64,000 nucleotides of DNA from an uncultured Lachnospiraceae bacterium (GTDB lineage: Bacteria > Bacillota > Clostridia > Lachnospirales > Lachnospiraceae), in assembly GCA_910585555.1 (NCBI GenBank), contig CAJUFU010000001.1, forward strand, positions 5,895 through 69,894. The letters are read 5' to 3'. The position numbers and the translations under genes were made by a program. The notes below the pieces were generated by a model. The model saw only the letters and a program-made list of their open reading frames with translations. It was not told the DNA's origin and did no database searches. Positions 33,316 through 43,937 of this stretch are shown here, piece by piece. The first letter of the stretch is position 1, and the number at the start of each line of letters is the position of its first letter.

Positions 33316-33972
33316 ATGAAAAGAGATATGAAAGAAATAGCAATGCGGGTGGTAATCCTGTTGATTGGGCTGACCATAGCGCATCTGGGAGTGACTTTGT
33401 TTCTGTTGACGGAGCTGGGGGCGGACCCGTTTAACGTGCTGGTGCAGGGAATTTTCCGCATCATAAGCGGTATGACGGGAGCAAAGGTGCTGACGCACGG
33501 GTATACGCATATTGCGATCTGCTTTTTGATTATCCTGGTGCTTCTGATTGTGGACAGAAGTTACATTAAAATTGGGACAATCCTCTGCATGGTGTGCGGC
33601 GGACCGATCATTGATTTCTTTACCAGGCTCCTGCAGTTTATGTTTGCTCAGGAAAGGACACTGTGGTTTAAACTGCCGGTGCTTGCCCTGGGATGTGCGA
33701 TATTGGCTTTTGGTATGACCATTGTGATCAAATCGGATGCCGGAACCGGCCCCAATGACTTGGTGGCACTGGTCATCAGTGAGAAAACACACAAGAAGTT
33801 TGGTATCGTGCGGATTATTGTGGATGTGTCTTTTGTGGTGGTGGGATTTTTATTGGGAGGTTCCTTTGGCGTGGGCACGATTGTCTGTGCCTGTCTGGTA
33901 GGACCTGTGGCAGGATTTTTCCTGCCACATAGTGAAAAAATAGTAGAACGTATCCTACATAGATTTCGGTAA
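33316..33972 (+). CDS. YczE/YyaS/YitT-family membrane protein
   Basis: LGADPF and GTGPND repeats, GVGTI, multiple TM helices. Confidence 0.85.
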   Translation: MKRDMKEIAMRVVILLIGLTIAHLGVTLFLLTELGADPFNVLVQGIFRIISGMTGAKVLTHGYTHIAICFLIILVLLIVDRSYIKIGTILCMVCGGPIIDFFTRLLQFMFAQERTLWFKLPVLALGCAILAFGMTIVIKSDAGTGPNDLVALVISEKTHKKFGIVRIIVDVSFVVVGFLLGGSFGVGTIVCACLVGPVAGFFLPHSEKIVERILHRFR

Positions 33973-34001
33973 AGCTGCTTACAGTAAATGCATATGAGAG
34001 C

Positions 34002-34547
34002 TTAACGAATCATAAATATCTTCCCCTGATACTTTTGTAAGGCGGTAAGCAGTAACATGCCTAAGATACCGCAGGAGATCACTTCTCCGGCGCCTACGGT
34101 GAGGCAGTAATATCCATAGCACTGCAGGGGGCTCATGCCTTCCACCAAAAGGCCGTATCCATAGATTAATATAAGAGGGACAATGATGGTATTGGCAAGA
34201 ATCGGACATACAGGCGCGCACCATTTCCACTTGCGAAGGGCATAAGTGCCCATGGCGCCGATTAATGTTGCCAGACTGCCAAATAGAATATCCGGCAGGG
34301 CACAGCCTGTCAGTATGTTGCTCAACAGACAGCCGATGAAGAGACCGGGAATCGCGGCTGGGGTAAAAAAGGGCAGGATTGTGAGTGCCTCTGAGAAACG
34401 TACCTGTATGGCGTAGTTAGCAAGTCCAAGAGAATTTGCTATGAAGGTTAACACAACGTAGATGGCGGCGATCATGGCCGCCTGGACCAACGACAGGGTC
34501 GAAGAAAAGACTGCCCGGGAAGGGACAGCAGCTACTTTGTTTTTCAT
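34002..34547 (-). CDS. queT: queuosine precursor transporter QueT
   Basis: AAIYVVLT...IQVRFSEAL..LP motif; preQ1 riboswitch upstream. Confidence 0.92.
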   Translation of the reverse strand: MKNKVAAVPSRAVFSSTLSLVQAAMIAAIYVVLTFIANSLGLANYAIQVRFSEALTILPFFTPAAIPGLFIGCLLSNILTGCALPDILFGSLATLIGAMGTYALRKWKWCAPVCPILANTIIVPLILIYGYGLLVEGMSPLQCYGYYCLTVGAGEVISCGILGMLLLTALQKYQGKIFMIR

Positions 34548-34556
34548 GATTTTATT

Positions 34557-34599
34557 CTCCTTTAGTTTTGTTTTACGAGTGGAAGGTCTCGAACACTCG
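34557..34599 (-). ncRNA. preQ1 class I riboswitch
   Basis: Minus strand reads CGAGUG-UUCGAGACCUUC-CACUCG-UAAAACAAAACUAA-AGGAG: short stem, UUC..C loop and A-rich tail abutting the queT RBS. Confidence 0.85.
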
Positions 34600-34699
34600 G
34601 GTCATGATGAAAGACCTTGGTTATGATAGGAATCCCCGAAGATTTATTATACAGTGAAATTATGAAAAGTCAAGTGGCGAGATGAGAATGGAGGCAATT

Positions 34700-35140
34700 A
34701 TGCAAAAACGTATCGAAGAAATGTTTGATAAAATGTATCCCATGACAGAGGGCCTGAAAAAGAAGGCTTACGAGACGTGGATGGAAGAATTCCGCGAGAA
34801 ACACAAGGAGATTTTGAAGGAAATCATAGAATCCGTGGAGAAAGCGCAGGAGCGTGAAGAAAAGGCTTTGGAAATAGCGGCGGTATTTGCGGATGCGGTG
34901 GAGAGTAAATTTTCAAAAAGAGGCAGGATATCGGCAAGGAAACAGGTGGATATCAACTGCTTTATGATTTATTATATATTTCCGGCTATTTTGCTGACAC
35001 AAAGCGATTATGCTGTGATGATGGCAGATGCAATCCGGGATACGTGGAAGGTACGCTTTAAGAACAGCAGTCATCTTGAATATACGGATTATAATACCAT
35101 ACATGGGTCCTTCAACGAGAAAATATTTGGGATGTTTTAA
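34700..35140 (+). CDS. hypothetical protein
   Basis: GGAGG RBS; helical ORF of 146 aa. Confidence 0.8.
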   Translation: MQKRIEEMFDKMYPMTEGLKKKAYETWMEEFREKHKEILKEIIESVEKAQEREEKALEIAAVFADAVESKFSKRGRISARKQVDINCFMIYYIFPAILLTQSDYAVMMADAIRDTWKVRFKNSSHLEYTDYNTIHGSFNEKIFGMF

Positions 35141-35160
35141 GAAATGAAAACGAGGGGAAT

Positions 35161-36354
35161 TTATATCCCCTCGATGTCTCCTTCATGATATCTTGCCACA
35201 CAGGCTTGAATACGTTCCACAGGATTTAAAAGGTCACTGATGGAAGTGTCATGGTTTAAGGTGTCAATGATGTAAGCGATGTATTTACTCATATCACAGT
35301 CAATATACCATTCGCGGTTTAAAAGTTCTGGCGTCTGATAAATCAAATTGGTGGTCAAAACCCTGTGAATAATGCCCTCATTATAGGCTTTGTCAAATCC
35401 TGCAAGGCCCGCGGTAAACAGACCGAAAGTGGAGAAGACAAAGATACGATTGGCTTTCCGCTCTTTGAGTGCGGCAGCGACTTCCAATACACTCTCGCCG
35501 GAGGAAATCATATCGTCTATGATGATAACGTCTTTTCCCTCCACACTGCTTCCCAAAAATTCATGGGCAATAATGGGATTTCTGCCGTTTACGATTCTGG
35601 TGTAGTCTCTTCTCTTATAAAACATACCCATATCAAGTCCCAGCACATTGGCAATATAGATGGCTCTGCTCATGCCGCCTTCATCAGGACTGATGACCAT
35701 CATATAATCGGCATCAATTTTTAAATTTCGTACATGCGCCAATAATCCTTTAATGAACTGATAGGCAGGCTGGACCGTCTCAAAGCCATGGAGTGGGATC
35801 GCGTTCTGGACACGGGGGTCATGGGCGTCAAAAGTAATGATATTATCCACTCCCATATTTACCATTTCCTGCAGCGCCAGCGCGCAGTCCAAAGACTCTC
35901 TGGCTGTTCTTTTATGCTGTCTGCTTTCATAGAGATAAGGCATGATAACGGTAATCCGTCTTGCCTTACCGCCAACGGCAGCGATAATCCGTTTTAAATC
36001 CTGATAGTGATCATCAGGGGACATATGGTTTTCATGTCCGCAGAGGGAGTAGGTGAGGCTGTAATTGGCCACATCAACTAGAAGATAAAGATCTGTACCG
36101 CGGACAGATTCTTTGATTACGCCTTTGGCTTCACCGGAACCGAAACGGGGTACTTTGGCATCCAGAATGTAGGTGCTTCGCTGGTAGCCGGAGAAAGCCA
36201 GGGAATCTTTGTGCTCGCTTTCCCGTTCCGTGCGCCATTTTACAAGATAGTAATCGACCTTTTTACCAAGATTGATACAGCCCTCTAGCGGAATCATCCC
36301 AAGGGAGCCGACAGGTATGGTTTCCAGATTTCTTTTTTCTTCACGTCTGGTCAT
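35161..36354 (-). CDS. prs: ribose-phosphate pyrophosphokinase (long form)
   Basis: RFGSGE, PYLYESRQ, SPDEGG and IIDDMISSGES motifs. Confidence 0.93.
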   Translation of the reverse strand: MTRREEKRNLETIPVGSLGMIPLEGCINLGKKVDYYLVKWRTERESEHKDSLAFSGYQRSTYILDAKVPRFGSGEAKGVIKESVRGTDLYLLVDVANYSLTYSLCGHENHMSPDDHYQDLKRIIAAVGGKARRITVIMPYLYESRQHKRTARESLDCALALQEMVNMGVDNIITFDAHDPRVQNAIPLHGFETVQPAYQFIKGLLAHVRNLKIDADYMMVISPDEGGMSRAIYIANVLGLDMGMFYKRRDYTRIVNGRNPIIAHEFLGSSVEGKDVIIIDDMISSGESVLEVAAALKERKANRIFVFSTFGLFTAGLAGFDKAYNEGIIHRVLTTNLIYQTPELLNREWYIDCDMSKYIAYIIDTLNHDTSISDLLNPVERIQACVARYHEGDIEGI

Positions 36355-36362
36355 TAAAATCC

Positions 36363-37334
36363 TCACTTTCTGTTCATCAGTCTCTTTTTGTACATACGAA
36401 TGTCTTGGCCTGACAGTTTACAGACTTCATAGTTGCTTGTGATGCGGGAAAAGATACGATCGGAGTATCGGTTCCGCAATTCTTCCAAAGACAGATTGGT
36501 GGAGATAATGGTAGCTTTCTTACCCATGTGGCGTTCATTTAACAGTGCGAAGAGCTGAGAGGTGATAAACTGATTTGTTAGTTCGGTTCCCAGGTCATCA
36601 ACAATGAGCAGGTCGCATTGGTAGAGGTCTGCGTAGGCACTGCGCAGTTCTTCCCTGTTTTTATAATCAAAGGAATTTTTTGAAAGCAAATCAAACAGAC
36701 CTGTAGCGCCGAAGTAGATAACGGAGTGGCCCCGCTCGATCAATTCCTTTGCCACACAGCCGGAAAGAAAAGATTTTCCCGTACCCACTGTACCATAAAA
36801 AAAGAGATTATGGTAGTCGGAATTGAAATTTTTGATAAAATTCTGGCAGGTTCTGACTGCATTTCGAAAACGAGTCAGATCATCTCCTGTGTAATATTCG
36901 TAGGATAAAGCGTTAAAATTTTCGGTGCGCAACATTTCCTGAATATTGGACTGCTCATAGAGGAGGGTGATCATGGACTGGCGAAAGCAGTGGCATTTGC
37001 CGCCGTCCACATAACCAGTATCCTTACAGTCCGGGCACTCATAGACGGGCTCCAAATAGTCCTCAGGGAGACCATAATCCTTTAAGAGCTTCGCCTTACA
37101 TCCGGAAAGTTCGGCAAGGGAGTCCTTAAGGTCTTCTAAGGCATCCTCGTCCCCGGCAAGCAGCTTCTTACCCTGTGCGACGGACACAGATGCCACAGAA
37201 TCTGCAAGCTCTCTATAACCCGGTATATGTGCATATACGTAGGCAAGCTTTTGTTCCGCCTCATGACGGCTTTTTGCCTGCTTTACTTCATATTGATGAA
37301 GAATCTGATCATATTGTGTGTTAGTCAGTGACAC
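36363..37334 (-). CDS. DnaC/DnaI-like AAA+ helicase loader
   Basis: CPDCKDTG..CHC Zn motif; GTVGTGKS, LIVDDLGTE and STNL; follows the dnaD-like gene. Confidence 0.9.
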   Translation of the reverse strand: MSLTNTQYDQILHQYEVKQAKSRHEAEQKLAYVYAHIPGYRELADSVASVSVAQGKKLLAGDEDALEDLKDSLAELSGCKAKLLKDYGLPEDYLEPVYECPDCKDTGYVDGGKCHCFRQSMITLLYEQSNIQEMLRTENFNALSYEYYTGDDLTRFRNAVRTCQNFIKNFNSDYHNLFFYGTVGTGKSFLSGCVAKELIERGHSVIYFGATGLFDLLSKNSFDYKNREELRSAYADLYQCDLLIVDDLGTELTNQFITSQLFALLNERHMGKKATIISTNLSLEELRNRYSDRIFSRITSNYEVCKLSGQDIRMYKKRLMNRK

Positions 37335-37351
37335 GGTAGGGCTCCTTGTAA

Positions 37352-38392
37352 CTAATTGCTTAAGATTTCCTGCTCAAGCGCATCAAAATCATAATCGTTT
37401 TGTTTGAATTGGTTAAATTTGTTTTCTGAGACGGTGCGCGACGTTTTTCTCTTACGGTAGTCATCATCCAACGGCTGTATATCGCTTTTGTGATGTACCC
37501 CGGCCTTATACCAGCTGCTTAAGATACTGTCCGCATATTCAAAGCGGTGGTTGTCCGTGGCAAGAACGGTACGTTCACAGGCTGTGAGGATAACGTCTGT
37601 ACCAAATCCATATTCCTTTTTCCAGCGGTTAATATAGGATACTTCCGTCTCGGTAGGGCTCCCTTGTCTTCCCAGAGCTTTCAGGACGTCATAGACGGAT
37701 TTGTCATATTTCCCGGCAAGCTTTGCGGCCTGCTTGGGTGTTGTAATTCCCTGGTCCGCCCAGCTTAAAGCGACTTTCTCTATGTAGCGCATGTCTTTCT
37801 TGCCGCGGTCTACGCAGTATTGAATCAGGTAATCGATCAAATCTTCTGAGAACCCCAGCTTGTCCGAGATAAAAAGAATGGTGCGCACATCGTTGACGCT
37901 CAATGTCTTTTTTAAATACTGTTCCGCCACAAAAAGAAGCCTTGCGGAGGCTTCGTCGGATTTGAAAGCTTTCAGCTCATCCAGCGTATAGTTTGGTTTG
38001 GAGGCGATTGGCACCACGGAGGCCAAAGGCGTCACGGTGGAAACAGATACAGTGGGAACCGGAGCAATCTGAGGCGTCACAGGAGCTGGAGCAGGCGTAC
38101 TGAAATTCAGCAGATGGATGCCAATGACGTTTTTATTCTCGTCATAATCCAGAGAGAGGAGGCGGTTCTTTTCCCAGTATTTCAGGGCGCGCATGACGTC
38201 CTTTTCGGTATAATTGAAAGTATCTGCAATGTCACAGATACTGGTATTGAGCCGCGCGCTCATCATACGGATTAGATACAGATAGATCTTGAGCTGCGCA
38301 TCATTGGCTGCCTGCATATACTCATCTATGAAACGGTTGGAAATCACCGTCGAATCCGCATAGTTATCCTGATAAATTGTTAAAAGACCCAT
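37352..38392 (-). CDS. dnaD: DnaD/DnaB-domain primosomal protein
   Basis: ISNRFIDEYM N-terminus; two DnaD repeats (Y..KVA.SW..G, Y...IL.SW..G); likely start MGLL at 38392. Confidence 0.88.
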   Translation of the reverse strand: MGLLTIYQDNYADSTVISNRFIDEYMQAANDAQLKIYLYLIRMMSARLNTSICDIADTFNYTEKDVMRALKYWEKNRLLSLDYDENKNVIGIHLLNFSTPAPAPVTPQIAPVPTVSVSTVTPLASVVPIASKPNYTLDELKAFKSDEASARLLFVAEQYLKKTLSVNDVRTILFISDKLGFSEDLIDYLIQYCVDRGKKDMRYIEKVALSWADQGITTPKQAAKLAGKYDKSVYDVLKALGRQGSPTETEVSYINRWKKEYGFGTDVILTACERTVLATDNHRFEYADSILSSWYKAGVHHKSDIQPLDDDYRKRKTSRTVSENKFNQFKQNDYDFDALEQEILSN

Positions 38393-38396
38393 TATA

Positions 38397-38696
38397 TTAT
38401 CCACCCCTGAATATATACAAAACAATAAAGTTACTATACAAAATAATGTTTTTGTCGTCCTGATACTGGCAGATTCCCATAAGAGAACAAAGTGAATTAT
38501 AGCATAGCGTTTTGTAAAAAGATATAGGAAAACTGTCACAAAGTGTGAGCAAAACACTTGTTTGGCAAAATACAGTAAAATGTGGACATTGTGGATAGTA
38601 TTGATAAATGCCGAAAAGACGGGGAATCTCTTCCACAAAAATATCCACAGAAGAATTTCCGAATCTTCGGTTCTTTTCTGTGGATATTGTGAACAA
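38397..38696. promoter_or_regulatory. DnaA-box cluster
   Basis: Near-consensus TTATNCACA 9-mers at 38397, 38581, 38590, 38629, 38641, 38679 and 38688. Confidence 0.7.
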
Positions 38697-40076
38697 TTAT
38701 CTTTGCAGCAGATTTTCTGCGATATTTACAACATTACCGGCCCCCATAGTTATCAACAGATCATCCTTTGTGCAATTTTTTAGAAGGAAATCTTCAATTG
38801 CTTCAAAGGATGGGAAGTAATAACAGGAATGGCCCAGCTCTTCAATCTTGTGCTGCAGAGTCTGAGAGCTGATGCCAAGACTGTCTTTTTCCCGGGCGGC
38901 GTAAATATCTGCCAGAATGATTTCATCGGCAAGACTCAGCGCCTTTGCGAATTCATCCAGAAATGCTTTGGTGCGCGTGTAGGTATGAGGCTGGAAGACG
39001 CACCAGAGTTTTTTGTGGGGATAGTCTTTGGCGGCGTTTAGAGTGGCCCGAATCTCTGTGGGGTGGTGCGCGTAATCATCAATAATATTTATACCATGCA
39101 ACTGTCCTTTATACTCAAAACGGCGGTCCGTTCCGCCAAAAGAAAGCAAGCCCTTTGCCACGATATCGCCAGGGATATCCAGCACATCTGCCAAAGCAAT
39201 GGACGCCAGGGCATTGGTGACATTGTGTTTTCCATGAACTTTTAAAGAGAACACTTCTTCTTTGCCATCCTTATGCATAAGATGAAAAGAGGGAAAGCCA
39301 AAGGCATCATAAGTAATCTGTGACGCGCTGTAGTCAGAGGAAGGGGAAGAACCGTAGGTGATGACCCGGCAGGAAAGCCCTGCGGTAATCTCCTCCACTT
39401 GGTTGATATCGCTGTTGATGATCAGGGTGCCGTCCTCAGGAAGCAGAAGCGCGAAGCGATGAAAAGAGTCGCGGATATCCTGAATATCTTTGAAGAAATC
39501 CAAGTGGTCTTCTTCTATATTAAGAATAATGCCGATTTTGGGCAGGAAACTCAAAAAACTGTTGGTGTACTCGCAGGCTTCCGTAACAAAATATTCTGAG
39601 GAGCCTACCCGGATGTTGCCGCCAATGGGTTTATAGACTCCGCCGATGGACAAGGTGGGGTCAACGCCGGCTTCCAAAAGAATTTGTGAAATCATGGAAG
39701 TGGTAGTGGTCTTGCCATGGGTGCCGCTTATGGCCACAGGCGTCTTATAGTTCTTCATCATCTGGCCAAGAAGCTGCGCCCTGGTCAGTGTAGGAATTTG
39801 CATCTTTTTTGCGGCAATCAGCTCCGGATTGTCTGGTTTGATGGCCGCTGTGTAGACAATCAGGTCAATGTCCTTTGTAAGGTTTTCTTCCCGCTGTCCG
39901 TAGTAGACACAAGCGCCGCGCTGGGTGAGAATACGGGTCAGATCAGAGGGTGCTCTGTCGGAACCGGAGATTTGAAAACCTTCTGTCAGGAGGATTTCCG
40001 CAAGCCCGCTCATGCTGATGCCGCCGATTCCGATAAAATATATATGGATTGGATTTTGAAAATTAATTTGATACAT
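38697..40076 (-). CDS. murC: UDP-N-acetylmuramate-L-alanine ligase
   Basis: IGIGGISMSG, GTHGKTTT and DDYAHHPTE motifs. Confidence 0.96.
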   Translation of the reverse strand: MYQINFQNPIHIYFIGIGGISMSGLAEILLTEGFQISGSDRAPSDLTRILTQRGACVYYGQREENLTKDIDLIVYTAAIKPDNPELIAAKKMQIPTLTRAQLLGQMMKNYKTPVAISGTHGKTTTTSMISQILLEAGVDPTLSIGGVYKPIGGNIRVGSSEYFVTEACEYTNSFLSFLPKIGIILNIEEDHLDFFKDIQDIRDSFHRFALLLPEDGTLIINSDINQVEEITAGLSCRVITYGSSPSSDYSASQITYDAFGFPSFHLMHKDGKEEVFSLKVHGKHNVTNALASIALADVLDIPGDIVAKGLLSFGGTDRRFEYKGQLHGINIIDDYAHHPTEIRATLNAAKDYPHKKLWCVFQPHTYTRTKAFLDEFAKALSLADEIILADIYAAREKDSLGISSQTLQHKIEELGHSCYYFPSFEAIEDFLLKNCTKDDLLITMGAGNVVNIAENLLQR

Positions 40077-40341
40077 GGGGTATCTCCCTATTTACATTTT
40101 TTACTAGTATTATACTCATTTCACGGGAAAAAACCAATAAGAATTTATTTTGTACAGATTTTAGACATAATCTACAAAATGGAGATATGGGCAGAATCCT
40201 CACAAAATGGGTTATGTAAAAAGTGGACAAAGATATTGAAAATGTAAATAAAATATTGTATATTATTAATATAACAAAAGTGAAATCATATATTATTTGC
40301 TCTAAAATATATAAATATTTTAAGAAATAAGAGGTGATAAA

Positions 40342-41613
40342 ATGGTTAAGAAAGAAATGATTGCCATGCTGTTAGCGGGCGGTCAGGGAAGCAGATTGGG
40401 AGTACTTACATCAAAGGTTGCGAAGCCTGCGGTATCCTTTGGCAGTAAATACAGGATTATCGACTTTCCTTTGAGCAACTGTATTAATTCGGGTGTTGAT
40501 ACGGTGGGCGTACTCACACAGTACCAGCCGCTTCGGTTAAATTCACATATCGGAATTGGCATTCCCTGGGATCTTGACAGGAATATTGGCGGTGTCGCGG
40601 TTCTGCCTCCTTATGAAAAGAGTGCAAATAGTGAATGGTACACTGGCACGGCGAATGCGATTTATCAGAATATGGATTACATGGAGAATTTCAATCCCGA
40701 CTATGTGCTGATTCTGTCTGGCGATCATATCTATAAGATGGATTACGAGGTCATGCTTGATTTCCACAAGCAGAATGGTGCTGAGGTGACGATTGCAGTT
40801 ATGCCTGTGCCTATGGAAGAAGCCAAGCGTTTTGGTATTATGATTACTGACGAGAACCGCAAGATTACCGATTTCGAAGAGAAGCCGGCGAATCCCCGCA
40901 GTAATCTTGCATCCATGGGTATCTATATCTTTAACTGGAAGACCTTAAAAGAAGCACTTCTTGCGAACTCTGAGCAGCCCGGACTGGATTTCGGAAAACA
41001 TTTGATTCCGTATTGTCATAAGAAAGGCGCGCCCCTTTATGCATATGAGTTTAACGGCTACTGGAAGGATGTAGGGACGCTCCACTCCTACTGGGAAGCG
41101 AATATGGAATTGATTGATATTGTTCCGGAGTTCAATCTTTATGAGGAGTATTGGAAAATTTATACAAAGAGTGAGATTCTGCCGCCACAATACCTGTCTT
41201 CGGATAGTGTGGTGGAGAGGAGTATCATCGGGGAAGGATGTGAGATTCGAGGCAGGGTATACAACTCAGTAATCGGGTGCGGCGTTATCATTGGGGAAGG
41301 CACAGTGATCAAGGATTCCATCATCATGAACCAGACGCAGATTGGGGACAACTGTGAACTGTATAAGGCGATTGTCGCTGAGAATACGGTGATTGGGGAT
41401 GATGTGAAACTTGGCATTGGAGAGGCAGTACCGAATGAGACAGACCCTCATATCTACGATCACGATATTGTGACTGTGGGAGAGAAGAGCGTCATTCCGA
41501 AAGGAATTACCATAGGGAAAAATTCAGTAGTCTTCGGTGTGACTACGGCTGAGGACTATGAGAACGGGAACCTCCCGAGTGGTAAAACTTTGATTAAGGC
41601 AGGTGATAAATAG
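40342..41613 (+). CDS. glgC: glucose-1-phosphate adenylyltransferase
   Basis: [14 protein letters not shown] and YWKDVGT motifs. Confidence 0.97.
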   Translation: MVKKEMIAMLLAGGQGSRLGVLTSKVAKPAVSFGSKYRIIDFPLSNCINSGVDTVGVLTQYQPLRLNSHIGIGIPWDLDRNIGGVAVLPPYEKSANSEWYTGTANAIYQNMDYMENFNPDYVLILSGDHIYKMDYEVMLDFHKQNGAEVTIAVMPVPMEEAKRFGIMITDENRKITDFEEKPANPRSNLASMGIYIFNWKTLKEALLANSEQPGLDFGKHLIPYCHKKGAPLYAYEFNGYWKDVGTLHSYWEANMELIDIVPEFNLYEEYWKIYTKSEILPPQYLSSDSVVERSIIGEGCEIRGRVYNSVIGCGVIIGEGTVIKDSIIMNQTQIGDNCELYKAIVAENTVIGDDVKLGIGEAVPNETDPHIYDHDIVTVGEKSVIPKGITIGKNSVVFGVTTAEDYENGNLPSGKTLIKAGDK

Positions 41614-42731
41614 TGAGAGCAATTGGAATTATCTTAGCTGGCGGCAACAATCACAGGATTAAGAAGTTAACGCAGAAGCGTGCAGTCTGTGCAATGCCTA
41701 TTGCAGGCAGCTACCGGGGCATCGATTTCGCACTTAGTAATATGTCCAATTCCCATATCAATAAGGTGGCTGTGTTCACGCAGTATAATGCGGGTAGCCT
41801 GAACGAACATTTAAGTTCTTCTAAATGGTGGGATTTTGGCCGTAAGCAGGGAGGGCTGTTTGTAGTGACACCCGCTCTGACGGCAGAGAGCAATGCATGG
41901 TATCGCGGCACGGCGGATGCGATTGCACAGAACCTGTCTTTCCTGAAAAACAGCCATGAGCCTTACGTAGTGATTGCTTCCGGCGACTGCGTCTATAAGA
42001 TGGACTACAATAAAGTGTTGGAGTACCATATTGAAAAGAAAGCAGACATCACAGTGGTATGTAAGGACATGGATACGGATGTCAATGTAGAGCGTTACGG
42101 TACGCTCAAGATGAACGAGGAATGCCGCATTGAAGAGTTTGAGGAGAAGCCGGTAGTGGCAAAATCCAACACGATTTCCTGTGGTATCTACGTGGTCAGA
42201 AGACGCCAGCTGATAGAGATGATCGAGAGATGTAAAGAGGAAGACCGCTTCGATTTCGTAAAGGATATTCTGATTCGCTATAAGAACCAGAAAAGAATCT
42301 TTGGTTATAAGATTAAAGAGTACTGGAGCAATATAGCGACGGTGGAGGATTACTTTAAGACCAATATGGATTTCTTAAAGCCTGAAATCAGAGATTATTT
42401 CTTTAAGCAGTATCCGGATATATATTCCAAGGTGGATGACCTGCCGCCAGCCAAGTATAATATAGGAGCCAACATTAAGAACAGTCTGATATCCAGTGGT
42501 TGTATCGTAAACGGTACGGTGGAAGACTCCGTAATCTTTAAAGAGACATACATAGGGAATAACTGTTATATCAAGAATTCCATTATTTTGAACGATGTCT
42601 ACATTGGAGATAATACACATATCGAAAACTGTATCGTGGAGAGCAGAGGTACGATTCGTGCCAATTCTTACCACAAAGGAGAAAATGATATTGAAATTGT
42701 GGTAGAACATAATGACAGATATGTAATCTAA
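41613..42731 (+). CDS. glgD: ADP-glucose pyrophosphorylase subunit GlgD
   Basis: Degenerate GlgC paralog overlapping the glgC stop. Confidence 0.92.
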   Translation: MRAIGIILAGGNNHRIKKLTQKRAVCAMPIAGSYRGIDFALSNMSNSHINKVAVFTQYNAGSLNEHLSSSKWWDFGRKQGGLFVVTPALTAESNAWYRGTADAIAQNLSFLKNSHEPYVVIASGDCVYKMDYNKVLEYHIEKKADITVVCKDMDTDVNVERYGTLKMNEECRIEEFEEKPVVAKSNTISCGIYVVRRRQLIEMIERCKEEDRFDFVKDILIRYKNQKRIFGYKIKEYWSNIATVEDYFKTNMDFLKPEIRDYFFKQYPDIYSKVDDLPPAKYNIGANIKNSLISSGCIVNGTVEDSVIFKETYIGNNCYIKNSIILNDVYIGDNTHIENCIVESRGTIRANSYHKGENDIEIVVEHNDRYVI

Positions 42732-42794
42732 TGGTATAATGGACGGAAGTACTCTAACTTGCGTCCCAAGGTTTAACTAATAATTTTTGGTGAC

Positions 42795-42823
42795 TTGTCT
42801 ACCGTGTGAAAAATTGGTATAAT
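42795..42823 (+). promoter_or_regulatory. sigmaA promoter upstream of spoVG
   Basis: TTGTCT-17 nt-TATAAT with TG extension. Confidence 0.65.
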
Positions 42824-42991
42824 GAAGGGGTGACTGCTAGTTGGGTTGGGCTGACTGTGTAAGGGGCATGTACATTATTAACTAAATGTTTATTACAAGC
42901 TACGTGGCTTGATGAGTATGACTTGTGTGGAAAAGCTTGTGAAAACCGGCGCTAATTCGTCCGGTATCATATGATAAGGAGGCTGAGCTTC

Positions 42992-43264
42992 ATGAGAATT
43001 ACTGATGTCCGCGTGCGTAAGATGACTCAAGACAGCAAGATGAAAGCAATCGTCTCAATTACCATTGACGATGAGTTTGTAGTTCATGACATTAAAGTAA
43101 TCGAAGGCGAAAAAGGTCTTTTTATAGCCATGCCAAGTAAGAAAGCGACTGACGGCGAGTATCGTGATATTGCACATCCGATCAATTCCGAGACTCGTGA
43201 CAGAATTCAGAGAATTATCTTGGACAGCTATGAAAAAGCGCTTTTAGAACCGGGCGATGGGTAA
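42992..43264 (+). CDS. spoVG: septation regulator SpoVG
   Basis: [33 protein letters not shown]. Confidence 0.97.
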   Translation: MRITDVRVRKMTQDSKMKAIVSITIDDEFVVHDIKVIEGEKGLFIAMPSKKATDGEYRDIAHPINSETRDRIQRIILDSYEKALLEPGDG

Positions 43265-43282
43265 AAAGCATGATGTGGAAGG

Positions 43283-43306
43283 AAAAGGACGCGAGAGCGT
43301 CTTTTT
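43283..43306 (+). terminator. terminator after spoVG
   Basis: AAAAGGACGC-GAGA-GCGTCTTTTT. Confidence 0.75.
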
Positions 43307-43385
43307 CTTATGGAATTTTTTATTTTTCTGTCAGAAAAATCATTCTTTCTGCGAATTATAAGTAACAGGAAAGGTGGTGGTAATT

Positions 43386-43934
43386 ATGGAGATCAATGAA
43401 AGTAATTTTGTCAAACAGTTAAAAAGAAAAAATGAACAGGCTTTGTGCTATGTAATTGATCACTATGGATGGGTTTTGAAAACCGTTGTAAAAAGGCAGA
43501 TGAGGTCCCTCCCACATCTGTGGGATGACTGCATGAATGACACGCTGCTGGCCGTATGGGATAATATCGACAGCTTTGATCCGAAAAGATCAGAATTTCA
43601 GAATTGGCTGGCTGGCGTATGCCGGTTTAAGGCGTTGACTTATGTGCGAAAATATATAGAGGCATCCAGGGAAGATTTGATGGAACAGATGCCTGAGTGG
43701 GAAGATGAAACAGCGGGGCGCGAGTTTCTACGCCAGGAATATGCGGAGGAGGTCGATCGAGTCTTATCCTATTTAAAGGAGGAGGATGCCAAAATCTTTA
43801 AGTTGATTTATCTGGAAGGATTGACGATGGACGAGGTAGCAGGCCGAATGAATATGAGTAAGACCGTGCTTTACGGTCGTGTCAGCAGAGGCAGAAAGCA
43901 GCTGCGGAGAATCTTTCAGGAAAGCGAGGTGTAG
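43386..43934 (+). CDS. ECF RNA polymerase sigma factor (SigV-like)
   Basis: Region 2 (W.NI..FD....F..WL) and region 4 HTH; paired with an anti-sigma gene. Confidence 0.9.
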   Translation: MEINESNFVKQLKRKNEQALCYVIDHYGWVLKTVVKRQMRSLPHLWDDCMNDTLLAVWDNIDSFDPKRSEFQNWLAGVCRFKALTYVRKYIEASREDLMEQMPEWEDETAGREFLRQEYAEEVDRVLSYLKEEDAKIFKLIYLEGLTMDEVAGRMNMSKTVLYGRVSRGRKQLRRIFQESEV

Positions 43935-43937
43935 AAA

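Noticed and set aside
38393..38696. Chromosomal origin (oriC), or an 81-aa extension of dnaD
   Set aside because: No dnaA/dnaN nearby and most genes stay on the plus strand on both sides; the extension is low-complexity and runs through regulatory DNA
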